The notes beneath the pieces were generated by a model. It searched no databases. It was given only the letters and a program-made list of their open reading frames with translations, and was not told the origin of the DNA. A stretch of 64,000 nucleotides of DNA from Octopus sinensis. Lineage: Eukaryota. The position numbers and the translations under genes are program-made. Shown piece by piece: positions 30,981-47,814 of the stretch; the first letter of the stretch is position 1, and every line of letters starts with the position of its first letter. The stretch is taken from assembly GCF_006345805.1 (NCBI RefSeq), contig NC_043001.1, positions 56,978,001 to 57,042,000 of the forward strand, written 5' to 3'.

Positions 30981-31629
30981 GAGAGAGAAAGCGAAAGAGA
31001 GATAGAGACAAAGAGAGTGAGCGGGAGGGAAATAATTTAATAGATAAAGAGACAGATAGTCAAACAGATGGACTGACATACCTTTAGATAGATAGACAGA
31101 ATGTATGAAACTTACATGTAGCAGTTTAAAAATAAAATTACATAAAACTACGTTTGTGAATAAACATTATCGCCTATGTGGATTTTTTAATACTTATACA
31201 ATTTTATTTGTAATAAAATGTGTACCCCACAATAAAACGCGTGTGTAAATTTAGTCGTGCGGAGCGTATACTAAACAGGTTTGCGTAGTCTTGGTATTTT
31301 CGATGTTATTGATCCTAGCTCAGCAAAACACCAGAAAGTTTCAAGCCTCAACCGAATCCGACGGATTGGAAATTTGAATGTAGAAAAATGTAAATGAATA
31401 TCGTGAGCAACATCGTCAGTCACAGTAACGATACTACCATAAAACCTGAGATTTAATAATTCAGCTTTAACAAGTGTGAAATTAAAATCTATTGAAAACT
31501 GTTACGTTTAAATAAACATAGACATATATATAGCATTGCAAAACAAAAGATGGCGTACAATATTCAAATCAGACTATTAATATGCATAATCAATAACACT
31601 GGTTGGCTGGGGATGACATACAACATCAA

Positions 31630-31650
31630 CTACTACTACTACTACTACTA

Positions 31651-31690
<40 letters not shown>
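31630..31690. repeat. (ACT)n trinucleotide repeat
   Basis: Directly visible. Confidence 0.95.
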
Positions 31691-32004
31691 GTTATGGTTT
31701 TTGTTGTTGATGCTTCCCACGTCTACCATAATTGAGTAAACAATTGCTCAGTCAGACAGTGTATCTAATTAAGTGGTTACTAACACAATGTCTGTAATAA
31801 GATAAATCATTTAAATTAATTAAAATCAATTATAAATTCGATAGAGAAAATCAATTAGTGGCAAATGGTTGTATGGGGTGAGCCTAATATTTGTCTAGAA
31901 AATGATAACTTTAAGACATGTTTCGAATTTATTAGGCCTTCTCAGTGAATCGTCATTTTATGAGCCCTTAGTAACACCATAGCTTAAAAGAATTCTTTAT
32001 ACTA

Positions 32005-32184
32005 TAGGCACAATGATTGAAATTTTGAAGAAGGGTAACAATCAATTACATCGACCCTAGTGCTGCGACTTCCGAAAGGATGAATGTCTAAGTCAAACTC
32101 GACGTAATTTGGTCTCAGAAGGTTAAGGCGGACGAAATGCTGCCAAGCATATTGTCTGGCGTGCTAACGGTTCTGCCGATTCCA
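32005..32184 (-). mobile_element. SINE (3528 family), degenerate
   Basis: The reverse complement starts GGAATCGGCAGAACCGTTAGCACGCC...ATTTCGTCCG. Confidence 0.7.
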
Positions 32185-32299
32185 GAAGTCAAAATAATTG
32201 CCCGGTGGCAATTTGATATGTAAGCAGTATACGTATGTATATTCTATTTTTCGATGGGAAACACAGATCAAAATTTACTTAAGTACAATCTGTTCATGA

Positions 32300-33090
32300 T
32301 ACTTGCTAATTTTTCTCATTTTCTTTCAAATTCAGAGCAAATTATTTGAAAATCATACATCTCGACCCCATATTTGGTTAAAGTAAACAATACTTTCATC
32401 ATGCCATACTCTAAGAATTTCGCAGAGAGAATAATACAAATGTAACTGCAAAATCCATCAAAAGAACTTATGGTGATGGCGTAGTTTGTGAAAGAACATG
32501 TAGGGAGGTGGATTTTTCGTTTCAGAATAGAGGGACTTCACCTAAAAGATAGACAAAGGGGAAGTAGCCCAAGAGAACTTGATTCTGAGACAATGAAAAA
32601 TGTTGAAGCTAACCCTGCTATTACAGTTAGGGAACATAGTGTGCAGTTCAAAGTAACTCACATAAGTGTCTATCGTGAACTGAAAAGGCTTGGGAAAGTA
32701 TCAAGTTTTGGAATAGGACTAACACATGACCTGTCAGCAGAGTATCGCAAATAGCGTTTTTATTATTGTGCATCATTGCATACTCTTTAGCTTTAAACGC
32801 TTTTAGGCTAAGGCTGGAAATCCTTCACATCAGCTAAGTGCAAGCCTACATCCAAGAAAGATTTTCTGAGTGTATTGTGGTATGTACAAGGAACCGTTAA
32901 TAACTAGTTGCTAATCAAAAATCCAAACAGTGAAAGCCGATGTTTTCTGCCGACAGGTAATGCGTTTAAAGGCAACATCGGATAAAAATACCCCTCTTTA
33001 GAAAGCAAAATTTGGATCATCCCCCATCATACTGCGCGAATGACCAGATATCTCCTGGAAGAACTTGGTTGGGAATGAAGGATGTAAAAG
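32300..33090 (+). mobile_element. Degenerate mariner transposase
   Basis: RWIFRFR..., ANPAITVRE, LKRLGKVS...THDLS (WVPHEL region) and HHTAR..LEELGWE. Confidence 0.8.
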
Positions 33091-33149
33091 ACATACATTG
33101 ACAGAGCAAATTTATGACATAAAAAGGATAAGGAACATCAGTAAGGGAG

Positions 33150-33800
33150 AGTTTCCTGTTTGGGAGTGCCTGTAGGCACAAAGCGTGCGCACCCTCTTTA
33201 TACATATGAAACCAATAAAACATATTATTCAAGAGTATTGTTGAGGAATAATAAGATGGTTCCAATCAACGGAGCACCTTTATATAAACTCACGCTTCTT
33301 AGTGATTGCAGCAAAATTCCCACCAGAACAACCAGCCCCCACCCCTAAGAAAGAAAAAATGCAAACAGACACATTTCATAATATAATCTTAAATCTTATA
33401 AATAAAAAGTATGATAAAGAATGCAAAGTTCATGAATGCGGTATCTTATTTACGCCAGCTTGGTCACGGCTAATCTTGGGCTTACACAATCTAGATAATA
33501 TTATTAGATAGCTAACTTTTGACTCCGCATTAAAATTTTATCTTTTGTCACCTCTTATTCCTATATTACTGCAAAATTTTTACAAGGGAAGCACATTAAG
33601 ATAGACTACTAAGCTTCAATGTGGTATCCGTAAAAGTGTTCTATTATGGAACTATTGAAGAAAGAATTACTTAATCTTATGACATAATTTTTTTCATGGT
33701 TACAAATACTATTCCGGTTCGTCTTCTGAACGATTCACTGAATTGTCTACAAGCACGAATAATTATTTGGAAAGTTTTACAATATATAATACTAACGCAA
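33150..33800 (+). mobile_element. Decayed Penelope-like RT fragment
   Basis: GVPVGTKRAHPLYTYE resembles the Penelope-like GIPMGTxCAP..LFLYxYE motif. Downstream ELVYKH-like thumb remnant. Confidence 0.45.
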
Positions 33801-35769
33801 AATACATTGGACATAAAAGGAAACGCTATTTTCCTTAAATTGATATAGTAATTCTTCCACGGGAATCTTTTACCATTTCACTTGCAAAAGAAATTGGTTC
33901 GAAACTAAATATACTACAGTAAATTTTATTTCGACTTTGTAATTTTAGTACCACAAAACTTCAAGTTATGATAGGAGAAAGGCTAAAATCGAGCAAAGCT
34001 TCGCTAATATTTCTTATAATTGAATGATGATAATACAATGGCTTCTCGGTACTGGAATTAATCGGTTACGCATCTTCACCAAGGCCTATTGCTCCCAATT
34101 ATCTCTCCTCTTCCTCTCATGCTTACTCTGTTTCTACTGTAGGCCTTGATACTAATCCAATATTCTCATATATTATTACTCCCGTTTTACCAAGAAATGA
34201 AACTTTCTGTATTCGGCCGTATCCAAGAAAAGTAGTCGACAAAAACAAACGTGGAAGAGAATATTAGCCAACACAAGCAATCTCGTCCGGGCATTTTTCC
34301 TATAGAACGAAATCAGCTTATGAACGAACTGTACAAGGTTTGCAATCAAGTTTCACATGAACCATAGCTTACCAACATAGAGGAGAGATGCACTGGACAA
34401 TATAATCCTTGACATATGTGATTGTCCCCTTTTGGTTATTTGATCTGCTTGATCACAAGAGAACTATGATTACACAGTAACAATAACAACAGCAGTCAGA
34501 TATAACTTAGAGTGGTCATTAGAAAGATTGCCTAATATATGCATGCATGTATATGCATATGTGTGTATGTAAGAGTCATATCTTGAGAAGTTACAGTTAT
34601 TTTAATTTCTGTATTAGTTGATGAGATAATGCTTAATCATTGTTTAATATACGTACATAATTCTTAAAAGCATATGTATTTCTAACTATACATACACAAA
34701 ATTAGATGTATGTGCTTGCACGTGTGTATTGATGTGTGTGTGTGAGAGAGAGAGAGAAGGGGTAGTGTGCGTGTAAGTGTGTGTGTGTGGCGGGGCAGTC
34801 TTTCTTACAAAGCACAGCTACTGTCCTGTTTATGCTAAGCGGCGTTAGAGAATTCTGGTAACATTCTCTGAAATATGTGCATAAGCCGTCATCCCAGCAA
34901 CATGGGTGTTATCGTCATGTGTCAATAAGAATTAAAGTCAAGTAATAGAGAGACAATTTTGATTCTCTCTTTATCTCTTAACAAAAATCCAATTCAGCAG
35001 ATATCTGTTTCCGAGACAGAGGTGAAGGCATTGTTTAAAAACATCAGAGATGATGGATGATTTCAGGGTTTTAGGGCAAAGGTCAGCACTAAGCAAGCGT
35101 AATAGTCTGAGAACTTACCATGTCAGCAGAGCAAAGTCTACAGAGGTATCAATTACTCATGGATTCCAGGATGATAGAGTTATTGTCAACATTTTTAGAA
35201 TCATAATAATTATTGCCGGCAAACGTATCACTACTATAAACAGTACACCACCATCAAACAACACACACGCTAACACTTCCACCATCATTGTTATTACGAC
35301 AACAATCGGTACCAATGTGACCATCAACACTATCAATACCACCATGTGTGCGCGTATGCGAGCGCGCGTACGTAAGATTTTGAGTATATCATTATATATA
35401 TAAGCAGAAATATTCTGATATAGATTTAAATACTTTGGATAGAGAGGATGATGCATATATATTTATTATACCAAAAAATTGACAGTCTATTATGAGTACC
35501 ACCAAAGTATACGGACGACTGTCTATTCATGAAACAACAAAGCACAAAGCTCAGAAAAGACAGTTCTCTTCTAAACTAGCAGTAGTAATAATAATAGTAG
35601 TAGTAGTAGTAGTGTAGTAGTAGTAGTAGTATAGTAGTAGTAGTAGTGGTGTTGGTGGTGGTAGTACTAATATATGTAAATATATATATCTGTATATACA
35701 TGCGTGTGCATTAATATATATATATACACACCGAAATTAGTTAAATATATTTTAATTCATGTTCTTCGG

Positions 35770-35838
<69 letters not shown>

Positions 35839-35849
35839 GTATATATATA

Positions 35850-36246
35850 CTAGCAGTATCGCCCGGCGTTGCTCGGGTTTGTAAGGGAAATAACTATAAT
35901 GCATTTTTAGAAAGTTATAGCCAAAAGTAGCAAAAAAATGCATTAAAATGCAAAAAAAAATGATGGTAAATTTTTTTTTAAATCGTTGATTCATCGTAGA
36001 CATTTTTAGAGAGTTACTTCCCTTATATAATAGCGAAAAAAATGCATTAAAATGGAAAAAAATGATGGTAAATTATTTTTAAAATCCTAGACTCATCGTA
36101 GACGAGCGCTAATACCCAGAAGGGCTCGATAGGAATCACGACTATAAGATACCCGGTTTTGGTTACACTGCACCGCAAAATGTGGGAGTAGTTAGGAATC
36201 TAAATCGTAGGAGACAGACACACAACTTCACTTTTATATATGAAGA
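35850..36246 (-). mobile_element. Complete non-autonomous Helitron (397 bp) inserted in an AT dinucleotide tract
   Basis: On the minus strand it starts A|TC (36246) and has a subterminal GTCTGTCT motif. It ends with hairpin CCCG-AGCAACGC-CGGG, 8 nt, then CTAG|T (35850). Confidence 0.88.
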
Positions 36247-39990
<3,744 letters not shown>

Positions 39991-40274
39991 TCTTATGTGT
40001 TTGCGTGTGTGTGTTTGTGCTTGTGTGCATGTGTGTATGTGTGTGCGTGTAGTTAAGTTATAATAGTGTAAAGACCTTGTAGAATTTTGGGCAAAGTTCT
40101 TCCAGGATTGTTGGTCGCCTAACACGCTTTGTATTATGATTTATAACGTTTTGTCTAAATATTATTTATCTAACATCGACTAATATCCAAATCCCGGAGA
40201 AAGTTACTATCCAGTAGTTGGCTTTTAAAGTGGAGAAGACCACACTAATTTCACGAATTGCATTTCCTGACTCT

Positions 40275-40325
<51 letters not shown>

Positions 40326-42099
40326 CCCCTCTCTCTCCATATATATATACCATCATCATCATCATCTTCATCATCAGATGTATCTACGTTCCTTGAACAA
40401 TTCTTCCCTCTCTGTCTGACTTTCTGTATGTCTTTCTCTCACTCTCTCACTTTCTACACACACGCAAAGCATACATGCAGAAATATTATATACAAACGTA
40501 TATACTCATGTGTTTATGCGCGTTTATATGTATATACACACATATATATATATACATTCACACCTACACACGCCTATGTGTGTGTGTTATGAATGTATGG
40601 TGCATGTGGATTTGAAAAACCTCATACCATAGACCTATTTGAAGGAAACTTATAGCCTGACCGACTGTCCTCTGCAAAGGTATCAGGATATTATTCACTC
40701 ATGAATGTAAGTACGTTAGATATGAACTGAGGGAATCCCGTGGTACAGAGTTTGGGAAATGAAGTTGAGGTGGAATTTTGTGGACTTATGCGTATTAATT
40801 TAGCAAAACACACAAGAAAATCATGCTTCTGAATATTTTGTAAATATTTGCATAATTTCCGTGTGTATGCTTAATAAGCATGTATTAGGTCTCACTGGAG
40901 AAAGGTGGTGAGCAGGCAGAATTGTTAGCATACTGGACACAAATTCTGCCTTTGCACTTTTCGAGATCGATGAAGCAAGTAATGAATGAACAGTGGGTTC
41001 GATGGAATCGAATAACCTCCTTCTCCCCAAATTTCAAGTTTTATGTCTATTGAAGAAAGGATTAGGTTTTACTGTGAAAATATTTTCCGTGATTAAATTC
41101 CGTGTAGCACGATCCAAAATACAATTCCACTAGTTTCGCTCATGATATAAAAAAACCGTTTTCGTTTGTTTAATAGATGTGACCCGTAATTGAACCATAG
41201 CCTGCAACTACTTGTGCAAATTGTATTACACAACAGGAGCAATCTGTAGGATTTGCATGTCCTTAATTTTGCAGGAAATATCTGCACCACTTTGCAAAGT
41301 TTATTTCTTTAAATGTATGCATCTTATACAACAAAACATTACCTAATACGGTATTAAAAGAAGGTGAATGGATTTACTCCTCCAGCCATGCATTAATCCT
41401 CTCAACTAACCTTAAATCCTTGTGCCCAACCATACATCCATCCACCCATCGAAATGTCCATCGGCAGTTCGACCACTGATCCAATCATCCATATGCAAGG
41501 ATATCGATTCATCCACAGCAAGGAATTTTGCATTAACTTTGAATCTTGGGGAGCTGATTTCAAAAATGAAATTCTTGAAATCAGTACCCCAATTTCCTTT
41601 ATCTGGTCAAGACTTTTCACAAACTCAAATGTCCATTTTCCAACATTTCCCGTATTTGACTTAATCAAATATACATCCATGTATGGAGCTTGACGTAACT
41701 TTAAAAACTTCCTTTTTTGATATCATTTCAGGTAAATAGAACTACAAAAGTGAAAACAAATGTCATAGTTTAAGTATCTTCAGTAAATAAAAGCAACACA
41801 CTTGATCGGCTTTCACTATTTTCAATCTAACGAGTTTTAAACTTCATGATGATGACAGAAATGTCCTTTCGACAATTAGATGTTAATAAAAATTACATTT
41901 CTGTCGTCCTTGACATCATACACATCTCATATTTAGTATTTTCTAAGTGCAATTAATGCTTTAATTACATGGGTAAATGTCACTTTGTCAAGCATGGTGA
42001 AAGAACTATAGAAAGAACTTCATACTATGCATGCTCTTTATGGAATTTTGCCATCACAAATGCATTTGCTTACTTTATAATTGTTGACATTTCTGAAAA

Positions 42100-42760
42100 T
42101 GGTTTCCATGGGTGACAACTGGTTTGAATATATGTGTTGTGTTTCAGAAATACGTTGTGAGAGAAGTAAATACAAGAACAGACCCTATGTTTTCTGCTAT
42201 ATTTGTGGACGTTCTACTTTACTCTGGCAGACTTTTGAAGACAGCTTACCTTAAATACTTTGACATGAAACTGGGTGATCAAGACAAATTCTGAGCACGC
42301 CATATTGTGTGACTGTTTCAAATACTCAAGCAGAATTTCCAGCTTTGTCTTATGAGAAAATTAATGTTGATGTGTTTGACGGACACGAATTTGGTGGCTA
42401 TGGCAGGACGAGCAAGTTTTGGAGACCGTATCTTGCATTGAAAAAGAAGTATGAAATGCTTTTGATGCACTTGTGTCTGATTTTCTGGGAAACAGGAAGG
42501 TATCAAATTATGAAAAGTTGTGCAGAGCCTGTAATCAATTTTCGAGCACCGTAAGTATTAAAGTGCACTTTCTGCACAGTCATCTGGACTATTCTCCTGA
42601 AAGAAAATATAATTATAATCAAGGAGCACTGGAATGCCCGTGCCTGTACAGTAGAAGGAGATGTCAAATACCTACAGTCCACTCTGAATTTGTTCTCTAT
42701 TTATAACACTAGGTCGAATGCAAGGTAATGAGCAAGAAGATTTACAAAATTTCCGACAAT
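42100..42760 (+). mobile_element. Chapaev3-type (CMC superfamily) DNA transposon relic, internally deleted
   Basis: AYLKYFDMKLGDQDKF*ARH (cf. YFG..VGDQDKxWAPH), EFPALSYEKI, DFLGNRKVSNYEKL and SIKVHFLHSHLD. Family name assigned from memory of Chapaev3 transposases. Confidence 0.72.
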
Positions 42761-42882
42761 CCTATATCTCAAAATTTCATGCTCTGTAATAAAGATTACT
42801 TTGCAATCCTCGGTAGGGATACATTGACAAATATATAAGCGAAAAATACATATACATACCGATACATTTATTCGTACAGATA

Positions 42883-42914
<32 letters not shown>

Positions 42915-43373
42915 TATATATATATGCATGTGGTTAATGTCAGAAATCATACGGGGTAAATAGAGTACCGCAGCATAATATAATGAGTAGAGAACTCAAA
43001 AGTTATTTGCACATAAGAATTAAGGGTATAATCATTAAAATGATTACATCAGTCGCTAGCGTTAAAAAAATTGACCATATCGGTAAAGTTAATTTTTAAC
43101 TATATAATTATATAATTTATAAGTATGAATAATGTTTGAATTCTCTAGACATTATATACATACACATATACAAACATATAAATACATACGTACATATATG
43201 TACATATATACATACATGTATGTATATATGTATATAAAACAATTTAACCCTACGAAAACATCTGCACCAGCTGGTTTATTTAGTGAGCTTCTCGCACGTA
43301 AGTGATTGTATGACATTGTACTTTCAATATATGGCAAACGAGGTAAACGACCGCCGTATCTGGAAACGGGTAC

Positions 43374-43421
43374 CCACCACCAAGGAGTTCCAATACAGAT
43401 CGAAAGCACGTGGTCTGGTGG
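43374..43421 (+). ncRNA. Degenerate (probably inactive) type I hammerhead ribozyme
   Basis: Stem I CCACCA/TGGTGG is perfect. Core CCAAGGA (2 changes from CTGANGA). Stem II G(T)TC..GATC. GAAA, palindromic CACGTG, then GTC. Confidence 0.5.
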
Positions 43422-43647
43422 TCTTGATGCTAGGGTGGCAGGTGTTATTTATCGCTTGCAATAAATATCGGGTGTGAGGAGCGCACTGAATAAGCCAGCT
43501 AGTGAGTCTGTGTTTCTGGGTTTAAATGGCTATATCATTGTCGCTTAGAGAACAACCAGATTAAAGTAGCCATAAGCAATACTTTTTGGGTCGTATGCTA
43601 CAACTATCTTAAACAGATATTTTCTAACGGACTACCGTTCCATATGT

Positions 43648-43891
43648 GGAGGCGCGTGGCTTAGTGGTTAGGGTATAAGCACCACGATCGTAACATTGTT
43701 GTTTCGATTCCTGGACCGGGCGACGCGCTGTGTTCTTGAACAAAACACTTCATTTCACATTGCTCCAGTCTACTCAGCTGGCAAAAATGAGTAACGCTGC
43801 GATGGACTGGCGTCCCATCCAGCTGGGGAACACATACGCCATAGAAACCGGAAACCGGGCCCATGAGCCTGGCCAGGCTCTAAAAGGGCAT
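43648..43891 (+). mobile_element. tRNA-derived SINE, third family
   Basis: A-box TGGCTTAGTGGT, B-box GTTTCGATTCC, core TGTTCTTGAACAAAACACTT..CACATTGCTCCAGT and GCGATGGACTGGCGTCCCATCCAG. Confidence 0.85.
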
Positions 43892-43917
43892 ATCTATTTT
43901 ATTTTATATATATATAT

Positions 43918-44000
43918 GTAGGCGCAGGAGTGGCTGTGTGATAAGTAGCTTGCTTACCAACCACATGGTTCTGGGTTCATTCCCGCTGCTTGGCACTCGG
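43918..44000 (+). mobile_element. 5' head fragment of the 13822-family SINE
   Basis: GGAGTGGCTGTGTG...TTGCTTACCAACCACATGGTTCTGGGTTCA matches 13824-13875. Confidence 0.8.
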
Positions 44001-44039
44001 TGTTGTTATCTTTTTGGTGGGATATGAAAAGTTTAGCGA

Positions 44040-44546
44040 ACTTTGAACTTTTAAACCTAAACCAAACAATAACAAAGGAGATCTACTGCCAGCAGCTTGA
44101 GCAGCTCAAGTCAGCGCTAGAATAAAATAGACCATCATTGGTTTCAAGACGAAAGGTGTTCTTCCATCAGGATAATGCTCGGCCATATACAGCGAGGATA
44201 ACATTCCAAAGGCTAGAGAAGTTTGAATGGGAAACGATGCCCCACCTACCATATTCGTCCAACATTACCCCATCAGATTATCATTTATTCTGCAGTCTTC
44301 AAAAATCGTTTGAACAGGAAGAATATGAATTCTGAAGACGAGGTCAGAACAGTAGCGGAGGACTATTTTTCGTCACGGAAAAGTGAATTTTGGAAGAGAG
44401 CCTTGCACGTCCACCAGCTAGATAGAAGAGCATTGTAGAAAATGAAGGAGAGTATAATTTAGATTAAAATCAGAACTTTCATTATCTTAATTTTGAAAAA
44501 TAAAAGAAGTATTAAAAAAACGCATTATTTATATGATGACCCAATA
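44040..44546 (+). mobile_element. Mariner 3' half with terminal inverted repeat
   Basis: YCQQLEQL, FHQDNARPYTA, HLPYSSNITPSDYHLF. TIR ending ATGACCCAATA followed by TA. Confidence 0.88.
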
Positions 44547-45049
44547 TATAGAAATAGGCATACATAATCCTCATATCATTTCTACTTACCAATGATATTT
44601 GAATATACTTCAGTCTAAACTTTGCATTTGACAGGAAAACACACGCTTCAGTCATTTTATTTATAGACTAATGTCAACATTGACATAAGCAGGGTGAAAT
44701 AAATAACGCTAATTACTCATCTAATTAGTGAGAATATTTAACTATGCCGGTTACGTAAACATAGCCAAGAATTACCTGAACATGCTAGGCTTGCTGCGTA
44801 TCATATATAATGTTATAGTCAGGCATATATAGAAATAACAAAATATAATCAACCCCATAATGCGTGCTACGTATAGGTTCTAATGCAAGCTATTTACTGA
44901 AATGTCATCTTGGTAAAGAATTTTGAGAGAAGGCTCGTTTGGAGAAAAGAAAATACTGGGGACGAGAATGAGTTGGGGTTATAAGACAAAGTATTAAATC
45001 TAATAATGGTGACGATGATAATATTGTTTACAAATTTTGGCGCAAGGCC

Positions 45050-45840
45050 ATCAATTTAGAGGAAGTGGGTAAGTCGATTACATTGATATTAGTGTTCGAC
45101 TGGTACTTATTGTATCTATCCCGAAAAGATGAAAGGTAATGTCAAAATTTTGTGTCAAATTTTGAAATCAATATCGTATTATTCATGTTGTGAAGGCGAC
45201 GCGCTGGCAGAATCAATAGTGCTTTGCAAAATGCCACCCGTGTTCTGGTGCTTTAAGCTCTGAGTTCATAAACCAATATTATTATCGTTAAGTCCTCCGC
45301 GGTTAACTTTGCTCTAAGCTCTTCGGGCTGGATAGTATAAAGTACCACTGTCATACTGTGATGCAATGAAATCATGAAATGTCCTTCTCTCAAAATGGCT
45401 AGCCCCGTCTCTAAATTTGCAACAATTATCGTTGTTGAAAATCACTATCCAAGTCGAACAAAAGAACTTGGAGCATTTCATACACCTCTTCATCAAAGTT
45501 AACCTGGTCTTTCATCCTTTCAGAATCGATAGAATATTAGTCAAGTTCTAAAATGGAAATAATCTACTAACGCTTCCAATCCATCTTTCTGACCTTGTGA
45601 CTATATTATACACTATATTGTTGTTGAAGGGAAAAGATTATTCGGGTCGATAGAACATCAGAGTAGATGTCTTATGGTATTTCTTTTTGCTTTTTACTTT
45701 CCAAGTTCAAATCCCAACGACGTCAACTTCGCTCTTCATCCTTTTCGGGATCGACAAAGTAAAGTACTGGTCACGTATTGTGGTTATTGTGTTGACTAAC
45801 CACCGCTCATCAAAATTTCAGGCCAAATGTCGACACAGCA
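45050..45840. mobile_element. Cluster of degenerate 3528-family SINE copies in both orientations
   Basis: Minus copy ~45050-45170. Plus copies ~45194-45440 (GGCGACGCGCTGGCAGAATC), ~45480-45540 and ~45655-45840. Confidence 0.65.
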
Positions 45841-45937
45841 AGCAAGTATAATCAACATTTGTTGTTCTTGTTGTTATTTCTTATGTATTTCCTTTTCTAT
45901 TCACCGATTCTGACAAGCAGTAGCTACAGCTGTAGAA

Positions 45938-45944
<7 letters not shown>

Positions 45945-45985
<41 letters not shown>

Positions 45986-46013
45986 CAAGAAGCAGTAGTA
46001 ATAGTAGTACAAT

Positions 46014-46049
<36 letters not shown>

Positions 46050-46050
46050 A
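45945..46050. repeat. (AGT)n trinucleotide repeat
   Basis: Directly visible. Confidence 0.95.
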
Positions 46051-47099
46051 TAATGCGTGAGTTTATGAAGACGTTTTATGTGTGTAAGCGTATTTAAAAG
46101 TTTGTGTTCGTTTATGTGGCCAATGATATTTATGCATGTGTGTTTGTGCGTATGTAGACATTCGTGTGTGTTTGCATGCTTACATGTGAAGATGTTTGGG
46201 TGTGTTTATGTGAAAGGGACTATCTTTGTGTGTATGCACCATGTATGTGCTTATGTGTGAAGTTATTTATGCTTGTGTGTGTCTACGTGTGCGTGTATCA
46301 ATGAACATATCTGTATAAGAGTGTATAAGTAAATGTTTGTTGTGCGTGTAGGTATTCATGAATGGTGGGAGCGGGATTGCGTATACGTATGTTTGTATCG
46401 TTACAACATTTTTGTTTCTGTTTGTGTCTTGGTGTGTGTGCATGTGTGCGCATGCGCGCATGCATATGTGTTTGTGTGTGTGCCGTGTAAATTTGTACGT
46501 GTAAGGAAGTTAGACAAAGGGACATAAAAGTGGAATCAGATAAAATTATGTGAAAAGGAAGAAAAATTGACTCAGAAATAACTGAAACCAGGAATTACAT
46601 AAATTCCTAAATAAATTCCAAGACCTGAAGACGATAAGATCTTCAGCTGTTTAATTCTTTTATGCTTCATCATTCAATTTATTTATTTATTTATTCATGT
46701 ATTTATTTATTTTCTTTTTTAATGCTATAACATTGTGCATTTGTAACTCCTGGCTAGAATTGGTATGTCGAGTCTGGTGGTAGGATATCAGGAATCTCAT
46801 AGATGCTAATTAAAGTAAGTTATTTGCTACTGAGTGAATTCAAAATTGGCATCTGCAGACTAAACTTACAAGCCAGCGAGGAATTCTTAGGGTTAACGCT
46901 CGGGATGCTGCTAATAACAAGCAAATCTTCTTCAAATACACAATTTTGCATTGTTTCATGCGTTCATTCTAGCGCAAGAGCATCGAATATCTAACCAAGC
47001 GACGGATTCTACACATTCGGACTGAATCTTTAATATCTGGACTAACGGTCTGATTAGACTAATGTCAGATTTTTTGTCATACGTATATGTACAAATTAT

Positions 47100-47105
47100 G
47101 TTATG

Positions 47106-47194
<89 letters not shown>

Positions 47195-47250
47195 CGTGTG
47201 CGTGTGCGTGTGCGTGTGTGTGTGTGTGCGTGTGTGTGTATGTATGTAAG

Positions 47251-47282
<32 letters not shown>

Positions 47283-47340
47283 CATAGATAGATATACATG
47301 CCCCCCCCCCACTATCTCTCTCTCTCTCACGCACACACAT
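47100..47340. repeat. Compound TA/TG/CGTGTG microsatellite
   Basis: Directly visible. Confidence 0.95.
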
Positions 47341-47814
47341 ATGTGTATGAATATAGATATACTATATAGTATAATCAGAAAATTTCTTATATAATATACT
47401 TCAAATATGTTATAAACTTTTGAATATATTTATTTATTGGCTGTTGATTGCATCTGATGTGGATGATAGTAGAAGTATAACATTTGAGATTGTTCGTCTA
47501 CAAATGAAAACCTAAACTTGGATTTCTTTATCACAAGAGAGCTTATGCTTTATATTTCATTGGGCGGACACAGTGGAGTGAAAAATGATTCACTAAATGA
47601 AATTAGAACAAGTTATGTGTACATCTATGCTGTCTTGGTTCAAACCCACTGCAAGGCATCTTAAGGCACAATGCCTACTGGTATTTCTTCTGACTTTGCA
47701 ATTCCATTTCCAATTCTTCTGAAGCTAATTTGGTTTTCATGACTTCATTGTTTTAATAAAATAAATCACAAATCCTGTATTGATGTCGATACTGCTCTTT
47801 CTTCCATTCTTTTT

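Noticed and set aside
41402-41693. Overlapping 79-92 aa ORFs on both strands
   Set aside because: No recognisable domain, and the sequence resembles non-coding DNA-transposon subterminal motifs.
46624-46645. CTGAAGA/TCTTCAG hairpin near a GAAAC
   Set aside because: Cannot be folded into any hammerhead topology because stem III is unpaired.
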